Shown: positions 14,601-27,100 of the stretch, piece after piece
Layout: the number at the start of each line of letters is the position of its first letter
Position numbering within the stretch: position 1 is the first letter of the stretch
NCBI GenBank assembly: GCA_965112735.1
Contig: OZ218950.1
Location: 5,394,001 to 5,458,000 of the forward strand
DNA from: Phaeosaccion multiseriatum
Taxonomy: Eukaryota > Protista > Ochrophyta, other classes
Length of the DNA stretch: 64,000 nt
Direction: 5' to 3'
Made by a program: the position numbers and the translations under genes
The notes under the pieces: model-generated
Told to the model about the DNA's origin: nothing
The model's database searches: none
Seen by the model: the letters and a program-made list of their open reading frames with translations, nothing else

Positions 14601-14950
14601 CCCATAAAGGTGGTGTCTTTGCAAATCGCGTCATCCTCACAAGACAAGCTGCACGTCTCCGTAACGAGCTGACACACCGTCAGCACCCTGGCAGCAACAG
14701 CAGTGGCCGCCACCCTTGCTGTTCCTTCTTCTTCTACTCCTGCTACTAGTGGTGGTGGTGCTGCTGGTGCTGCTGGTGGTGCTGGTGCCGCCGCCGCTGC
14801 TGCCTCCCTGAGGAGCTGCGGAAGCTGGGTGCGGACCCGGCGTACAAACGCGCGGCAGTCCACTTCCGGCCCGCTATACTCGTGCTGCCCCTCAGCATGT
14901 TCTTGCGTCTCTCGTAGCAAACCGGCGGCGTCTATTAATGGACGTGCCAT
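4336..14950 (-). CDS. ATR: ATR (Mec1/Rad3) PIKK checkpoint kinase, multi-exon
   Basis: Kinase motifs DLRKDARLMEF, GLGDRHGENILVD, VHVDFDCLFDKG and VPFRLTPNM; FATC LSVQGQVHRLIQEA...MYVGWQAWI*; FAT/UME-like motifs AYTRALQYLE, QSMPRLLTLW and CLGELGAIDPSR. The ORFs from 14950 down join through canonical GT-AG introns. Confidence 0.93.
5617..5697 (+). repeat. (CAA)n/(CAGCAA)n simple repeat in an ATR intron
   Basis: Directly visible; lies within the intron at about 5556-5725. Confidence 0.9.
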
Positions 14951-15171
14951 TGTCCTATCTCCTACATAAAGACAAGCTTGCGAGAAAAAAAAGCGGGAAT
15001 GGGGAATGGAAGACCCCGCCCTCTGGTGCCATCTCCGATGAGGGAGGGAGATCGCATCGGGAGAGAGAGAGACGTGAGAAAAAAAAAAAAAAAAAAAAAA
15101 ATAATTGTCTAGCTCAGAAGTGTTATTGTCTAGCTCAGAAGTCTCCCTCTCAGCTCGGATGAAGACCTGTG

Positions 15172-18100
15172 CTATGAACTGCCTTCGCAGAGCAAAGCCA
15201 CGCCCCGCAAGACCCAGTGATTTGGCGGGCGGTCCTTCGTGGGAAGTGTAACGCTAAAGATTATGTACCGGTCTGTCCGCGTGGCGTACTTGTATACAGG
15301 GCAGGAGTATCCGGCCCGGAAGGGAGAAGCCCCGACATCGCCGCCTGTGCCTCCGCGTTTCGAGCCTTTGCTCATTGCGGTGACGAACATGACGGGGATG
15401 AGGCACAGGAGCTGCTTGGGCTTGGACTCCACCAGAGAGCTCTCCTGCTTGCTCCACGCCGCGCCATCTAGGTACAGCCCGTGCGCGTACACGCCTTCCT
15501 TGGGTGCCTGGCGCACGTGGTCTGCTTGCTCGAATTCCGTAACCTTCAAGAGGGAGGGACAATTGGCGGGAAAGAACATATGAGCGTGTGTAATTGGAGG
15601 ACACGGTCCATGCATGCCCTTTCTTGTCTCCCTACCTCCGTGTGCGTGACCACCATGTCCAGTGCCCAATTATCCGCCTTGTGGCCTCTGGTGACCTGCG
15701 ATGGACACACAACGACAGCCACACACGCACGCCAGGACAAACGTGAACAAACCGAGGGCGGTGGAGGGGGAGGAGGAGGAGGAGGAGGAGGGGAAGCTCA
15801 CCTCCTGCTGCACAGCTGTTAGGAAGCCTTGGACATTGAAGAGGCCAGTCAGCCAGAAGGAGAGCGGCCTGCCCGTCTCAAGCCAAGCAGACAACTGCTG
15901 GTGGCGCAGCAAGAAGCTGCCAAACCATTGGCCGAGACTGGGCGAGATCCAAGATATCTCATCCCCCCCATACGAGAACATCCAAGTTCGGGGCACTCGA
16001 GCGTCGTAAATGGCCGAAATCGCGTCCATGAGCTCCGCCGTGACCACCACCTCTCCTCGGATGGCCTGCAGCAGCACTCGGAGCATGCCGGACACCTTGG
16101 TGATGACCATGTGCAGTCGCTGTGCCTCTTGGAAGAGGAAGATATTGAGGGGCACGCCCAGCCCTCCCTGCTGGGCAATGGCCTCCAGGCACTGGTCTTC
16201 GCCGTACATGGCGGGGGAAGGCATGCCGCCGAGCAACTCGGAGCACTTGTCGTACACCATCTCTTCCCTTGTGCGGCCCGTGCTCCCCGCAGCCTGCGTG
16301 GGCTGTGTCTCCATCAGCGTGGACAGCAATTGGTGTCCCTCCTTGTTCCGGAAAGCCAAGTCTGCATTCGGGTGCAATCCAAACACCTCTGGCGAGTCCA
16401 CCTGTGGAAAGGCTTGCACGAAGGCGTTGTAGTCGTCCATCTCTTGGCTGTCGGGGATGATGTAGCGAAAGTCGTTGGGGATACGCTGCAGCGGAGTGCC
16501 GGGATTGAAGGTGAATGTCGGAGACAGCACAGCCGGTGCCATCCAAGACGAGGTGTAGGTCGAGAAGAGGCGGCGGTCGAGGTCGTCTGTGATCTTTCCT
16601 CCGTACTGCACCTCGCCCACCATGTATTGGATAGTAGGCCAGCTCACAGCGCCGCTGTACAAGTGCTTCTCCAGGAAGGTGATGCAGGCGTTGAGGTCCC
16701 CGTCGTTGAACTCGTAAGGAATGCACCACCCGAGAGGGCCGAACTTGCGACGCTCCTGAGGAGAGGGGGCGGGTCATAACGTAACAAGTTTGTCATGTTA
16801 GATCATCTCGACAGAGCTGGAGGGAGCGAGCGAGGGAGGGAACACGGAGCGGACCTCTTTCGCTCTCACCTGCACGATGCTGTGCAAGAAGCAAATCCCA
16901 AACAGCAAGCATCTCCACTGGCTGCTCTCCACTCTCTCGAGCTTGTCTTGGTCCACAATGACGGTGTAGCTGCGCAATAGCCCTGCTCGCAGCCCCTTCG
17001 GCGGCTCGTTGGTCACCTTGGTGGCCATTTGGAGGAGGCCAATGGGGAAGCGCGGGTGTGGCTCCGAAGTGATGAAGAGCCTCCAGCTGTCGTTCATGGT
17101 ACCCGACTCGGAAATGCGCGCCATGTAGTCCTCCATGGTCTCCATGAAGTCGAGGCCCAAGTGACAGTTCTGCAGCATGACCCACGAGCCGTTGACAACT
17201 GCGCTGTTCATAGCCCTCATGGCCACCACGGCCTGCCCTTCCCCCATGCTCACGCACATGACCTGTGCGGTGTGTTGTGGTGGGGTGTGTTGTGTTGTGT
17301 TGTGTTGTTCGTTAAGAGGTGGGTCAGGGCAACGTCAAATCACTCAGAGCTCCCGCTCCACACAAAAAATGAAGCGACTCACCGATTTCCTCTTCTTCCG
17401 TGCCAAGCCCTCAATGCTGTCCGTAGGGTCAGCCCCCGCTGACAGGAGGAAGATGACGGGAGTCCGTCCGTTCATCTCGTTGAAAACGCTCTCCACCGTA
17501 TCCGTCAGTGGCTCTACATAGCGTGGGCCCATCGCTGGTAGCTTCCCTCCTTCCTGCTCAATCGTCTCGGTGAGGCATATAAAACTGTGTGTTGGGTCAG
17601 AGAGAAGCAACAAAAACAGCTGGTGAGCGTTTCCCGATAGACAGTACTACACAGCGCAGCACAGAGTCAGAAGAAGAAAGACAGAGGGACAACTTACCTA
17701 TTCACACAAAGTAGGGTTCGATCCTCCCTCAAAGCCCGAACAAGCAGCAATCGGAAGAAGCCGCCGATGGCCGGGTTGGCCGCAAGTCGCCCTTCATAGC
17801 TTGGGACCGCTACCTGCCGTCACGACGTGTTCGGAAGGGGAGAGGGCATAAGCAACCGAGCCAAATAGAAACCAAACAAGGCCGGCCACAAACCCCAACG
17901 AACCTCTTCTGGCTCGTTCTCCGCGTACCACGCCCTCCAGGCTGGTTCGTTCCTAATCATCTCCTCGGGAAGTGACTTGAACGTTGGGCAATCCACGGAG
18001 ACTTGCAGGGCGTTGAGCCATGCCGCGTCGCTCAACCAGGGGAAGGGCTTTGGGCGAGAGGTCGAAATATCTAGAGCTGCTCCTCCCTTGATCAGCAGCG

Positions 18101-21100
18101 TCACGTCACTCTGCTCCAGACGGCCCGCGGTGATGAGTATCTTGAGAGTGAGGATGAGCTTGAAGGAGAGCTTGTCCTTCTCGTACAACCCTCTGCTGAT
18201 GTAGCGGTAGATAGTAAAGGTCATCGTGTCGATGATGTTGAAGACGCGTTTGCTTGCCAGGCTGGCCTTATCTGCGGCGTCCATGCTAGCGTCAAAAAGG
18301 CCCTACGGAGGAGGAGATAAGGGCCTTCAATACCATCATAATAACACCTTTTTGCGAGCAAAGACACAACCCACAACGTACCTGGAACTGATCAAGGCTG
18401 GTTTGGTACATGACACTGACGAGGGACATATCCACCACGCTGAAGTAAAGAATAGAGCCCCGCGTTGCCACTGGCCGGTACTGCTCCCTCTTTTCGTTGA
18501 TCGCTGCCCTTGTCTCCCCCGCTGCAATGAGCTTCTCGTTCACCTCCACAGCCTTCTTCTTGGTGTCTGCGAGCACCCCGATGAGGTCGTCATCGTCCAG
18601 CAGGTTGCCGGTGTTTGCGCTCAGCCTTTCCAGGAGCAGCTCGTCCAGCATCAGAAGGGCTTTTGTGTTGCTGGTCACCTGTTGCGGTGCGGGGCCACGA
18701 AGAGACGAGTGGTTTGGGTTGCGTGCTTCCCTTCAACTACACCCCTCTCCGCCCCCCCAAAAGGGACGCACTTACGTACGTACCTCCTCGAGCACTTCCT
18801 TCAGTTGCTCTTCCAAACTGTTCTGCTCCTTTTGAATCACGCGGCCAAGCAATTGCTCCTCCAGGCCGCGCTGCGTCACGGTGAAATCTACAACTGTGGT
18901 ACGCGCTTGGGTTTCCGGCGAGTAGTGGGGATTAGGCAGCCTCGTCGTGAGATACAGCATAAAGCCCTCGTTCAGCTCGCACAGCTTGTCGGCCACGTTG
19001 ATGTACTGTGTTGTCACGGGTTCGGGGAGGAAAGGGGTCACGGCATCGTCCATTGTGCAAGTCGTCTCCGAAGTGCGCCCTGCACCTCACCTTGCTTTTG
19101 GCCTTGATAATCACTTGCTTCTCGAGAACAGGCGTAAGCATAGGGTCTACTTCTTCTTCGACCCCTGCAATGATGAGCGCCTTCCCTTCCATCATGCAAA
19201 ACTCGACTTGGTCTCTCAGCCGTGGGTTGGCCAGAGATGTCAGCACGTACGTTCGCTCGGCCTGTGAAGCAGTTTTGGGGATTCATTCCGCGTCAGAAAA
19301 GTGGATAGAAAGAAGTACAAAGAGGGAGAGCCAGTCCACGCACCTCGCAGTTCTTGATCCACGCCAAAGCCTGCCCCTGTGGGTCCACTAGCAGGGGGTA
19401 TCTGCTGCTCCTCGTTACTAAAATTCCATTCTGAATGGAGAGTGGGTCGGTCGGTAGGCCTTGCATGTTCCAGTCACCAATGGTCCCCACATCCACCAAA
19501 AAGGCGATGAGCTCGCTACTGCCCATCATGGCACTGACGGGCACACGGCGCTCGCATAAATCGTCCATGAAAACGTTTCTGATGAGGTGACTGAGACGAG
19601 AAAACGATACGTAAGCGGGAGGGCGGGGGGGGGGGGGGATAACAGACAGGCAACCAAAGACATACCTGCGGAAGTCCTGATTGAAAGGCCCGCAGTATCC
19701 TACAAACGCACACGCGACAGCCACGTCCCCGACGAGGCGGCGCTTGGTGTCAGCGAACTTGTGGCTGTCCTCGGTCCAGCGGGTGCGCTCTCCGGCAAGA
19801 CCGTCAATGAGGGCCGTGGCCTGAACCAAGGCGGAGGAGAAGGGACAACGTACAGGGCATCCCAGGTTGGAATTGAACAGAAGGAAGCAAAGATAGACAA
19901 AAGAGTTCTGTATACCTGCTCCATGCGCTTGCGAGTGCTCGCAGCGTTCTCCTCGATGGCCTTCTTGGCCGCCATCTGCCCCTCAAACTCCGCCTGTAGC
20001 TTGGCCAGCACGTCTTGGCAGGCCTGCAGCTTGGCCTCCGCCTCGGCAAGCTGCGCCTGGGCTACCTCGAGCCGAGCCTCCGCCAGGCGCAGTGCCTCCA
20101 GTTTGGGTTTAACCACCTGTGCTCGCAATCCCAACACCCATCGGGTTTGTCGTGTTAGGGACAGGCAAACAAATCGCAACGCAACAACGAGACACGTGCT
20201 ACTTGCCTTGGAGGCCTCGTGATAGGACGTCATCGCCCTCGCCCACGTGCACAGCCCCTCCGCGGCCTTGGAAGCGTTGCGCGCTACAGCGGGGTTGAAC
20301 CCCTCAAGCTCGAGGTAAGGCGCCATAAGCTCCACGGTCTCGTCGTTGATCATGTCCTTCTCGTGCTGGCTGAAGTGGAAGATGTTCTGCAAAAAGCGTG
20401 CGTCGCTGAGCATGCCTGTCTGCATGACCTTGTACGAGTCTTTGAGAAACGGAAAAGTGGTCTTCTCCTTCCCAATGCCAAGTGTCACTTCGTCCATCTG
20501 CACAGGCGCCAATTGCTCCATCTTGAGCAGCCCGACAGTGTCAAAGATGAGTTTGATAACGTCGCTGGGCTTTTGCAACTTCTTGAGCTCGTTCAGGTCA
20601 TTGGCCTTGATGCTCTGCACCGCGCCCTCCGCCTCCTCCAAGAAGGGCCGGGCCTTTGCAAGGTCCTCCTCGGCGTCGTCTTTCTCCGCTGTGATGGCGC
20701 GCGCGTCGGCCATGCACGCTTCCTTGATGCCATTCACCGCGTCCGCTTCCTTCTTGGCTGCCATACTGAGTTTGGAGAGGGTGGAGGGCATAAATTGGGT
20801 CAGCTGGGCCAAACCCGCCCCCCCTCCCGTCCGTGGATGAACTCACCTCGACACCTCCAGCCGACTGAGCATGGCCGTGGCGGCTTTGTCCGCTTCCTTG
20901 AGCTTGACCTCTTCGTCCTTCAGCTGCACCTTCATGAGCTCCACGTCCTTCGCCCCCCGTTGTAGCTTCTCTAGGCCTACCGCCACCTGCTCGATCACAA
21001 GTACACAACACGTGGACAGTTGAGTTAATCTTAACACCAGAAGGAGCTCTCTCTCTGGTCGTGACCCTTCCTTACCCGTCTAGTCTTGTTGTCCACTTCG

Positions 21101-24100
21101 GCCTTCTTCCTTTTGTACAGAGGCGCATAGCTGTCCAGGAAGGACAGGAAGCTCCTTGGCGTCTTGTAGACGTGTCTTCTCACCCGCCCCAAGTAGTCAG
21201 CGCAAGAGTCCACCACGAGTCTGTGCACCATGCCCATGTGCGTAATGAGACCGTCCTTCACGTCTTTGGGGCAGTCGATATCGGCAGGCTCAATGACTCC
21301 TCGACTTACTGCAACCAATGCCTCCGAGGGCCAGCTCAAGAACCAGTTGATGTTGCAGCCATTGACAAGACCGGGAAACTTCCGAGCCCGCTCGGGGAAC
21401 TTGGCGCTCACCGGGCTAAAGGCCAAGACGACGTGCAAGTTGGCGCGAACTCGGTCAATGAAGAAGCGGATGAGATTCTCCGGTGTGTCCACAAAGTCGC
21501 TGCGGCTCTTCATGGCGTCCGCCCTCGCCTCCGCAGCCATGGCCATAATCTCATCCTTGGCAAAGAGGTTAGACACCTCCCCAGTCATGAGGATGCTGTT
21601 GATTACCTCCAAAAACGTCTCCTCCTTCACCTCGGCGTCCGTCATGATGAAAGTGGCCGGCCGACCACTGCAGCCACAGAGCCTGTACAAGGCCCTGAGG
21701 TCATCCAGAAACGACGACAAATTGTACGATTTCGTGATCGTAATCTGAAACATGTGGCTCCCCGATATGTAGCTGGCTAAGCGAGTGATGCTCTGCTTAC
21801 CGCTACCACCCACTCCGACAAAGAGCATGCTGCTGCGATGCATCCCGAGCAGCCTGCTGACCCGCAACAGGTGCTTCAGTGCGTCATCAAACAGTACCAG
21901 GTCCATCCGTTTGGCCGGAAAGTCCTCGTTGTACCGTTTGGCAAAGAGCTGGACACTCTCTCGGAGGCTTGCCAGCGAAGGTCCCTTCTCGTACACTTTG
22001 GGAGCCTCCTCCACCACGATGCCATCTTCGTCATACTCATCAGACCTCAAAAAGTCCACAAAGTGTGCCTCTTCAAAGGCGGCCGCAAAAGTCCCGCCAA
22101 TCCCATTCGGTGGGGAAGGGGATGGATGATTGAGGTTTCCTCCTGCTGTTGTACCTCCAGCCGTAGCCCCTGTCTTCCCGCTTACGCTTCCCGAGGACCT
22201 GCCGACGCCACCAGAAGTACTGGAGCGCCTGCGGTTTCCACTGCCGGATGACATGCCAAGCTTCGCCCCCGCGCCACCACCATCCTCATCCCGCTGCTCT
22301 GCCTTGGCCTCGACATCCTTGATGAACTGCTCAGTCTGCTTTTCCAACTGAACAGAAAAGGCCTTCTTGTCCTCCAGGGTCGTGAGCTTGTCGCTAAAGA
22401 CGCGCGTGCACTCGTGGCGCCAAAGCTGCAGCAATAGCACAGGGCTATTCCCGTCCCCGACCCCAGCACCAGCAGAGCCGTCACCACCGAGGCCAAGACT
22501 GGAAAGTGGGGCTCTGAGGATGCCCTGGAAAACTCTGCTCAGCTCCCGCATACTAAAGAGATAGTGGAACTTGGTGGGCGAGGGCAGCATCTTGTTGCGC
22601 ATCCAGCGCCACAAGGCAATCGTCGCCACTGGCAAGCCGTCGACGATCTCCTCAAACACGGCAGCATGAGGAATGGCTGCATAGGCGGTGCGAGGGAAAC
22701 GACCCGCCATGATCTGTCCGTAAATGCTGTTGATAGACTGCACCGTCGGTAGCGTCATGTTGAACATGAAAAAGTGCCGTTTCAGCCGATTGGGGATATC
22801 ATTCTTCCCCGCGTCGGGCTGACTCATGGCCCCGAGGTACTGCAGGTCCTCCAGCACTTTGAGATCTCCACGCTTGTCCTTGTCCAGGAAGCAGAACCCA
22901 CCGGTTTCGATGAGCTGCCGTACCATCTCCAGGGTCGGCTGGTCGCCCCACTCGTTGATTTCCGGCATGGACAAATCGTCTAGAAACACCGTCATCGCCC
23001 GTCCGCCAGCGGGGCCAAAATTCTTGCCCCCACGCTTGTCTAGCTCCCCTTCGACGGTCGCCTGGAACATCCCTGGTGTGGTGGCAGACGAAAAGTTCAC
23101 TCTCTTGACGAGCATACTCTGCGTCGCTGGCTGCGCGGCCAACTGATCAAAGTACATGAGGGCTGTGGTGGTCTTTGCTGTGCCACTTCCGCCCACCATC
23201 AACACAGGGAATCGCTGAGCCTGGCGTCGTCCAAAGCACACACAATAATGAGCAGCAAGAGGGTTAGAGGGACCTTTGCAGTCGAGGGGGGCACACGTCT
23301 TCTGCTGCTATACCTGAAGCTTTCCTACGATGGCCAGCGCGCGAGTACTGTCGGCAGTGGGCACGAGGAGGCTATGGAAGTCCACAACGTGTCCAGTAGC
23401 GCCCTCCACCGCTGAAGGGTGCGGTGTGGGGTATAACCATTCAGGCACGACCCATCTCTCCCACGCCAAACTCTCCAAGTTGACGGTAAAGTCAAACACG
23501 GTGTCTGATGCGTCGCGCTCCCCACTCCCAGCGGGCGGCATGCTGTCCGCCCCTATGGCCCTGAGGCGAGCGTCGAAGCGCACTCTGCTCTCCGCGTCCA
23601 GCAAACCCCCCAGAGACCAAGTCAGGGAGTACAGAAAGAGGCGCTCCACCTCCTCCACGCGGTCAGAGACGCTCTCGCTCAAGTCCGCAGCAGAAAGCAG
23701 TCCCCGCAACAAACGGATATTGGCCTTCCGATAACAGCAACAACAACAGCAGCATCAACAAGAATATCAAGAGGAGAGAGACATGCTTTGGTCTAAAGAA
23801 TGAACCAAACAACACCGTACAGGCACACGCTCTAGCGCTCTAATTCTCACCTCCATGAGCCCGACTCGAGCACACGCTAACACCGACGAGCAGCACCGGC
23901 CTAGGTACTCGAACATGTGTCCAGGCTTCTTAGGGCCCGCGCACTCTCCCACGTATTTGTGGAAGCACTTGCGAAGAGCATTCACTTGAGCCACACCGGC
24001 CTCCTGCCCGGCGCAGCTGGCCTCCTCGCGGTTGAGCCAGGCCGTCACCACGGGCTGCCAGTCGAGGTCGCTGTCAGACACGTAAATGATTCCTGCTCGA

Positions 24101-27100
24101 CTGACGGTGGCTGGAGAGGCGTTGCGCAGGTCCTCCACCTCGAACATGAGTTTCACGTTGTCGGTCATGGGGATGCGATCGCCATTGGCCAGGGTCAGGA
24201 TCTTGTTGTCGTCCAGAACCTGCGTTGGTTTGTTTTCGGTTTAGGTACAGGGGTCACTTTTGTGGACGGACGGTAAACGAAACACAGAGGACGATCATGG
24301 CGAGGCAGCTCGTACTCACCGTGTTCAGATTCTCAATCCAAATGGCGTCCACGGGTCCGTCACAAATAATCCACTCAATGTCCTTGCGCGAGCGGTCATT
24401 GAACTTGGACCAGATGGAAGCAAACACCCCGTCCACCCACTCGCCACTAAGCTTCTCTGTCTCCCCAAACATTTCCTCTGCCCGGATGGCCTTAGGATTC
24501 ATCCGAATACGCTTGTGAGTAATGCCCGTAGTCATTGATAGCGCATCCTGTAGGACAAGAGAAGAGGAGAAGGGGTTGGGTTGGTCAGACTTTCTGCAGT
24601 GCGTTGCTCCACAAAATCAGAGGGGTCCTACAATGAGCAGGACTCTCTCTGCACAGCCCACCTGAAGCACGACGATGGTGCTGCTCTTTCCAGCACCGGA
24701 CGGTCCCACCATCATTATGCCATGGCGCACGAGGGTCGTCTCATAGAGCTGCATGGTCTTCAGCAGCCAGCTGGGATGGGCCACTAGTCCAGACCTCTTC
24801 ACTGCCGCGGCAAGAGCCTGCACCGTCGCGGCATGGGGCCCCCTACTGGCCTTCTTGTCCTCCCCATCATTCTCGCCGGCAGCGTCCATCAACCCCACGA
24901 GCCCGGGAAAGAGGTCTCCGAGGAGGGAGAGGAAGAGCGGCACGTCCTGGGCAATGAGCTTGGAGAGGTTCATATCTCGCAGCGTGGTCATGAGCAGCAC
25001 ACCCTCGTCTGCAGACAGGCTCGAGCGCTTGGTCGCCCCCGCCGTGCGCAGCACGCTCAAAATGTTCCTGAGGCCAAAGTCATAGTGCTTCTGCTTGGAG
25101 AGCTGCTGCTCGCATAGGCTGTACAGCACGTTGAACTTCCGGGCGAGGTCGCTGAAGCCCGTGTAGCCAACGCTGCAAAGCTTCACCTTCATTATAATCT
25201 CTCGGTCGGGCACCTGGAGGGGGGCAATCAATCAGGGCACCGCACCAATGCATGTTTTCGGGGGGGGGGGGGACTAACCATCATGGCCACGCTCCGGAAA
25301 AGAGCCTTGAGGTTCTCCGGCAGCTCTTGGCGTCCCTGATATCCAGGGTTCATGGTGATGAAATACGCCACCTCCCTGCGCAGACTAATGACCTGGCTGT
25401 CCCCAGGGAAAGTGAATGTGGCGCTTCCTACGCGCTTGGCGTTGGTAATCGCCAAAACCTGTGTTTGTAGAATAGCGTGTGGTGGCAAAAAGGTTACTAA
25501 GAAGCCCTCCAACTTTCAAGAAGCGCGAGCTCCACACGCTTACCTGCTGAGCGACGACGCTGAGCACAGGCAGCTCGATCCGATTGAACTCGTCGAAGCA
25601 CCCCCAGAGCCCTGCCTGGCATAGGCCCTTGAAGATTTTGGCCATGTCCGTGTAGCGCTGCTGGTCAGTGCAGTTCGTCACCTTGTATGGAGGGAGTTTG
25701 GACCAAGGGAGCATGGTGTCAAGCAAGCCCCTTTCGTGTTGGCAGTAGGGTGCGCGCAGTTGTGGCGCGGCGTTTGCTTGCTTGTTTTCTTCTCTAAAGC
25801 AAAGCACGTATGTACTACGCACCACGACAAAGTTCCCGAGAGATCTCCCGAGGTCCTTGACGGTCTCCGTCTTGCCTGTGCCGGCAGGCCCCGCAGGAGC
25901 GCCCCCCAGGAACATGCCCAGCGCCTGGCAGGAGGGGACAGGGAGGGAGGGGCTGAGCCACTGTTGCGTGCACGTCTTGGTTCTTGAAGACACAAAATCA
26001 CAAGTCACTCACCTGACTGAGCGTGATGTAGCAGCGATCCGTGAGGGGGGTGATGACCAAACGCTCCTTGCAGCCCAAATACTCGTAGCAATATCTGGTT
26101 CGGGGGGGGGGGGGGGCGAACGAGAGCAGTGGCGTACACGAAGTATGAGGAGGGAGAACGAGCAAACACTCAGCGGGCCTCATTGCAATCTTACTTGAAG
26201 TCTACGTCGCAAATGCTTATAACGCATGCCCCAAGGCCGTGCTGGTCCTCCGTGTTGGGTCGCCAGTAGAAGCGAGCCTGCTTGAGCCACTCGAAGTCGC
26301 CACTATCCCCGAGCTTGCGCTCCTTGTAGAGCCGCACGAGGTCCACAAAGACATCTCGCTGGTGCACTTGGATTGTCACAAGAGTTTCCACCTTCGTGCG
26401 GCGCAGCTTCGTCCCAAGGTCCTTCAGCGTCGTGGCGGGAGAGCGTCAGGTGAAAAGGTACGCAAGCAGAGGAAGACAAGAGATGCACGAAAGGCGACCG
26501 CGAGCAGTTCTTTCCCTACGCACCTGCAAGCACCACCCGGACATCTCCTGTAGCGTTGCAAGCTGGGCCTTGTTGGTCTCAGTCATAACGTGCTTGCTCG
26601 CCCGGCACTTGTCCAGGGCCTCCTGCACCTGCGCCGTCCAGTGGAATTGGAGACCCAGGAGGGCGAACTGTCCGCAGCTGGAGTCGACAAACTCTCGGAG
26701 TGGCATGGTACTGCACTGCATAGCCGCCTGCCGACACAGCCCCTTCATGCTGCACTGCATCTCCTCCTCCAACGCCCCGAGCCAATCCTCGATGTTCCCC
26801 ACAGCACGTACTTCCCTTGCCAGAGGGATTATCTGTCGGTTGAGGAAAGGAGGCAAGGGTTTGGGGGGGGGGGGGGTTGGAGCTTTACTGCCCCTACTGT
26901 GTGCTCATTCCACGCTGCTGTTTACCCACCTCTTCGTCTGCACCGGCGATGCTCTTCAGCTGCAAGATGCGTGTCTTGTCCATCCGATCCTGCACAACCT
27001 TGGAGATGGAATCAAACACCTTCTCGTAGTAGGGCTGCATCTGATTCGGGTCACTGCCCTGGCTGAGGATGAGAAGTAGAACAGGATTGGAGACGAAGTA

